In this document: positions 62,613 to 64,000 of the stretch, in pieces
Numbering within the stretch: the first letter of the stretch is position 1
How the letters are laid out: each line of letters begins with the position of its first letter
Assembly: GCA_012295275.1 (NCBI GenBank)
Contig: CM022678.1
Location: 15,128,001-15,192,000 of the forward strand
Reading direction: 5' to 3'
DNA: 64,000 nucleotides
Origin: Chrysomallon squamiferum
Taxonomy: Eukaryota > Animalia > Mollusca
Position numbers and translations under genes: made by a program
Notes under the pieces: model-generated
What the model was told of the DNA's origin: nothing
The model's database searches: none
What the model saw: only the letters and a program-made list of their open reading frames with translations

Positions 62613-62892
62613 TGTGTGTGTAAACACATATAAAATTAATGTATGTATGTATGTATGTACAACTGACATGCCTGCACGAGTCAAGGTAACGGGTCAGTTA
62701 CGTGATACACGTGGTGACGTGGAAGGTTACTCTCACTTTACTCCACTCAGCAGATTTCGTTCACTGTCAGATCTGCTGACAAAGCTTTTCACTTTTTTAA
62801 CATCACATTTTTCTACATCTGACGTGACACAAATTTCTCCTTTTTAAATTTAAAAACAACAGTAACAACAATAACACAAACATTACTGGCTA

Positions 62893-62933
<41 letters not shown>

Positions 62934-63012
62934 ATAATAATAATAATAACAACAACAACAACAACAATAATAATAATTATAATTAGATAACAGTAGTAGT
63001 AGTATTATCTAA

Positions 63013-63047
<35 letters not shown>

Positions 63048-63316
63048 AAGTAAAAGTAACAATAATTTAAAAGCTAGACATTTTTTTTTACTCTCTAACA
63101 TGACACTAATGTTATCTGTTCACAAGTCAGCTCGTATTATTAGATCACTGTGAGATAATGCAGGGTTGAAATGGCTTGTAAAAATGTATTTTGCACTCTG
63201 TTTTGACGGGGTGAAAACGATCGTTCGCACGTGATAAGCAGGCGCGATCCGTTAACACGTGTTCAGCATCGCGCGAACATTAATACCCCAGATTAGCGTA
63301 TCACGCAGATCACGTG
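60710..63316. promoter_or_regulatory. CpG-rich region with clustered CACGTG E-boxes
   Basis: CACGTG occurs at 60710, 61417, 62708, 63228, 63256 and 63311. TGACGTCA occurs at 60356 and 61125. Confidence 0.45.
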
Positions 63317-64000
63317 TTCATTTGCTTTACGACAATTGTATCCAATTTGTTTTCTTTTATTGCAATAAATCATTTATGGAAAAGATATGAGAATCAGTTT
63401 GCAAACTGTTTTTTTTTTTTTTTGCTTTTTAAATATTTGCGATAACCTTATAGGCTGCAGATTGTTGTTTTGTTGTACAGACATGTTAGAGATGTCTGTT
63501 TGATAAAATACATGTCATATCTTTTTCACACAACTACTGCAAACAGGTACCGTTATGTCCACTACTTTAGAAAGAAAACAAAAAAACAACAACTCTTCAC
63601 TCTGGTTTAAAAAAAAACAGTCTTATTTAAAAAAAAAAAAATGATAAAAAATTGAAAAAAATAATGTACATATACAAAATTATAAAACTCTTACTTCCAC
63701 TAGTACTACTTTCTATACTACTACTATTATTAATAATTCAACTACTATCCACTTTTTAATTCTACAGAAAGACGAAAAAAAAGTAAAACAGATATATAAA
63801 TATAAGAAACAAATAAAAGAAACTTGCCTCAATAGCCTATAAATAATCATTTATAATTAAATAATCATTTATAATTGAATAATCATTTCTTTCTTTCACA
63901 AACATATATGCAAAATATGTATATAAGTATACACACACACAGACATACACACATAAACAGCGGAAAAAAAGAAATGATAATAAATAAACAACAATAACAA

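Overview
This is AT-rich, microsatellite-dense, intron-containing eukaryotic DNA, probably an invertebrate and plausibly a mollusc (inference). Manual splicing with GT-AG sites and phase checks gives five genes. (1) A flavin amine oxidase (+, 670-5179) with a signal peptide, two +1 frameshifts in A-runs and a cryptic C-terminal KDEL. (2) A 147-aa proline-rich gene (-, 8997-11498) carrying a WIP/verprolin-type WASP-binding segment but no WH2 domain. (3, 4) Two intact, diverged MBOAT1/2-type lysophospholipid acyltransferase paralogs arranged tail-to-tail (+ 14090-28649; - 37046-48812). (5) An intact CHID1 (-, 50781-56919). Introns carry hAT, Tigger/pogo and MULE remnants, many minisatellites, and a displaced copy of a CHID1 exon. 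A recurring oddity is tandem amplification of the genes' own splice junctions: an in-frame 42-bp acceptor array, a donor array and several decoy sites. An E-box cluster lies at the right end. All assignments come from reading the sequence; no database searches were run.
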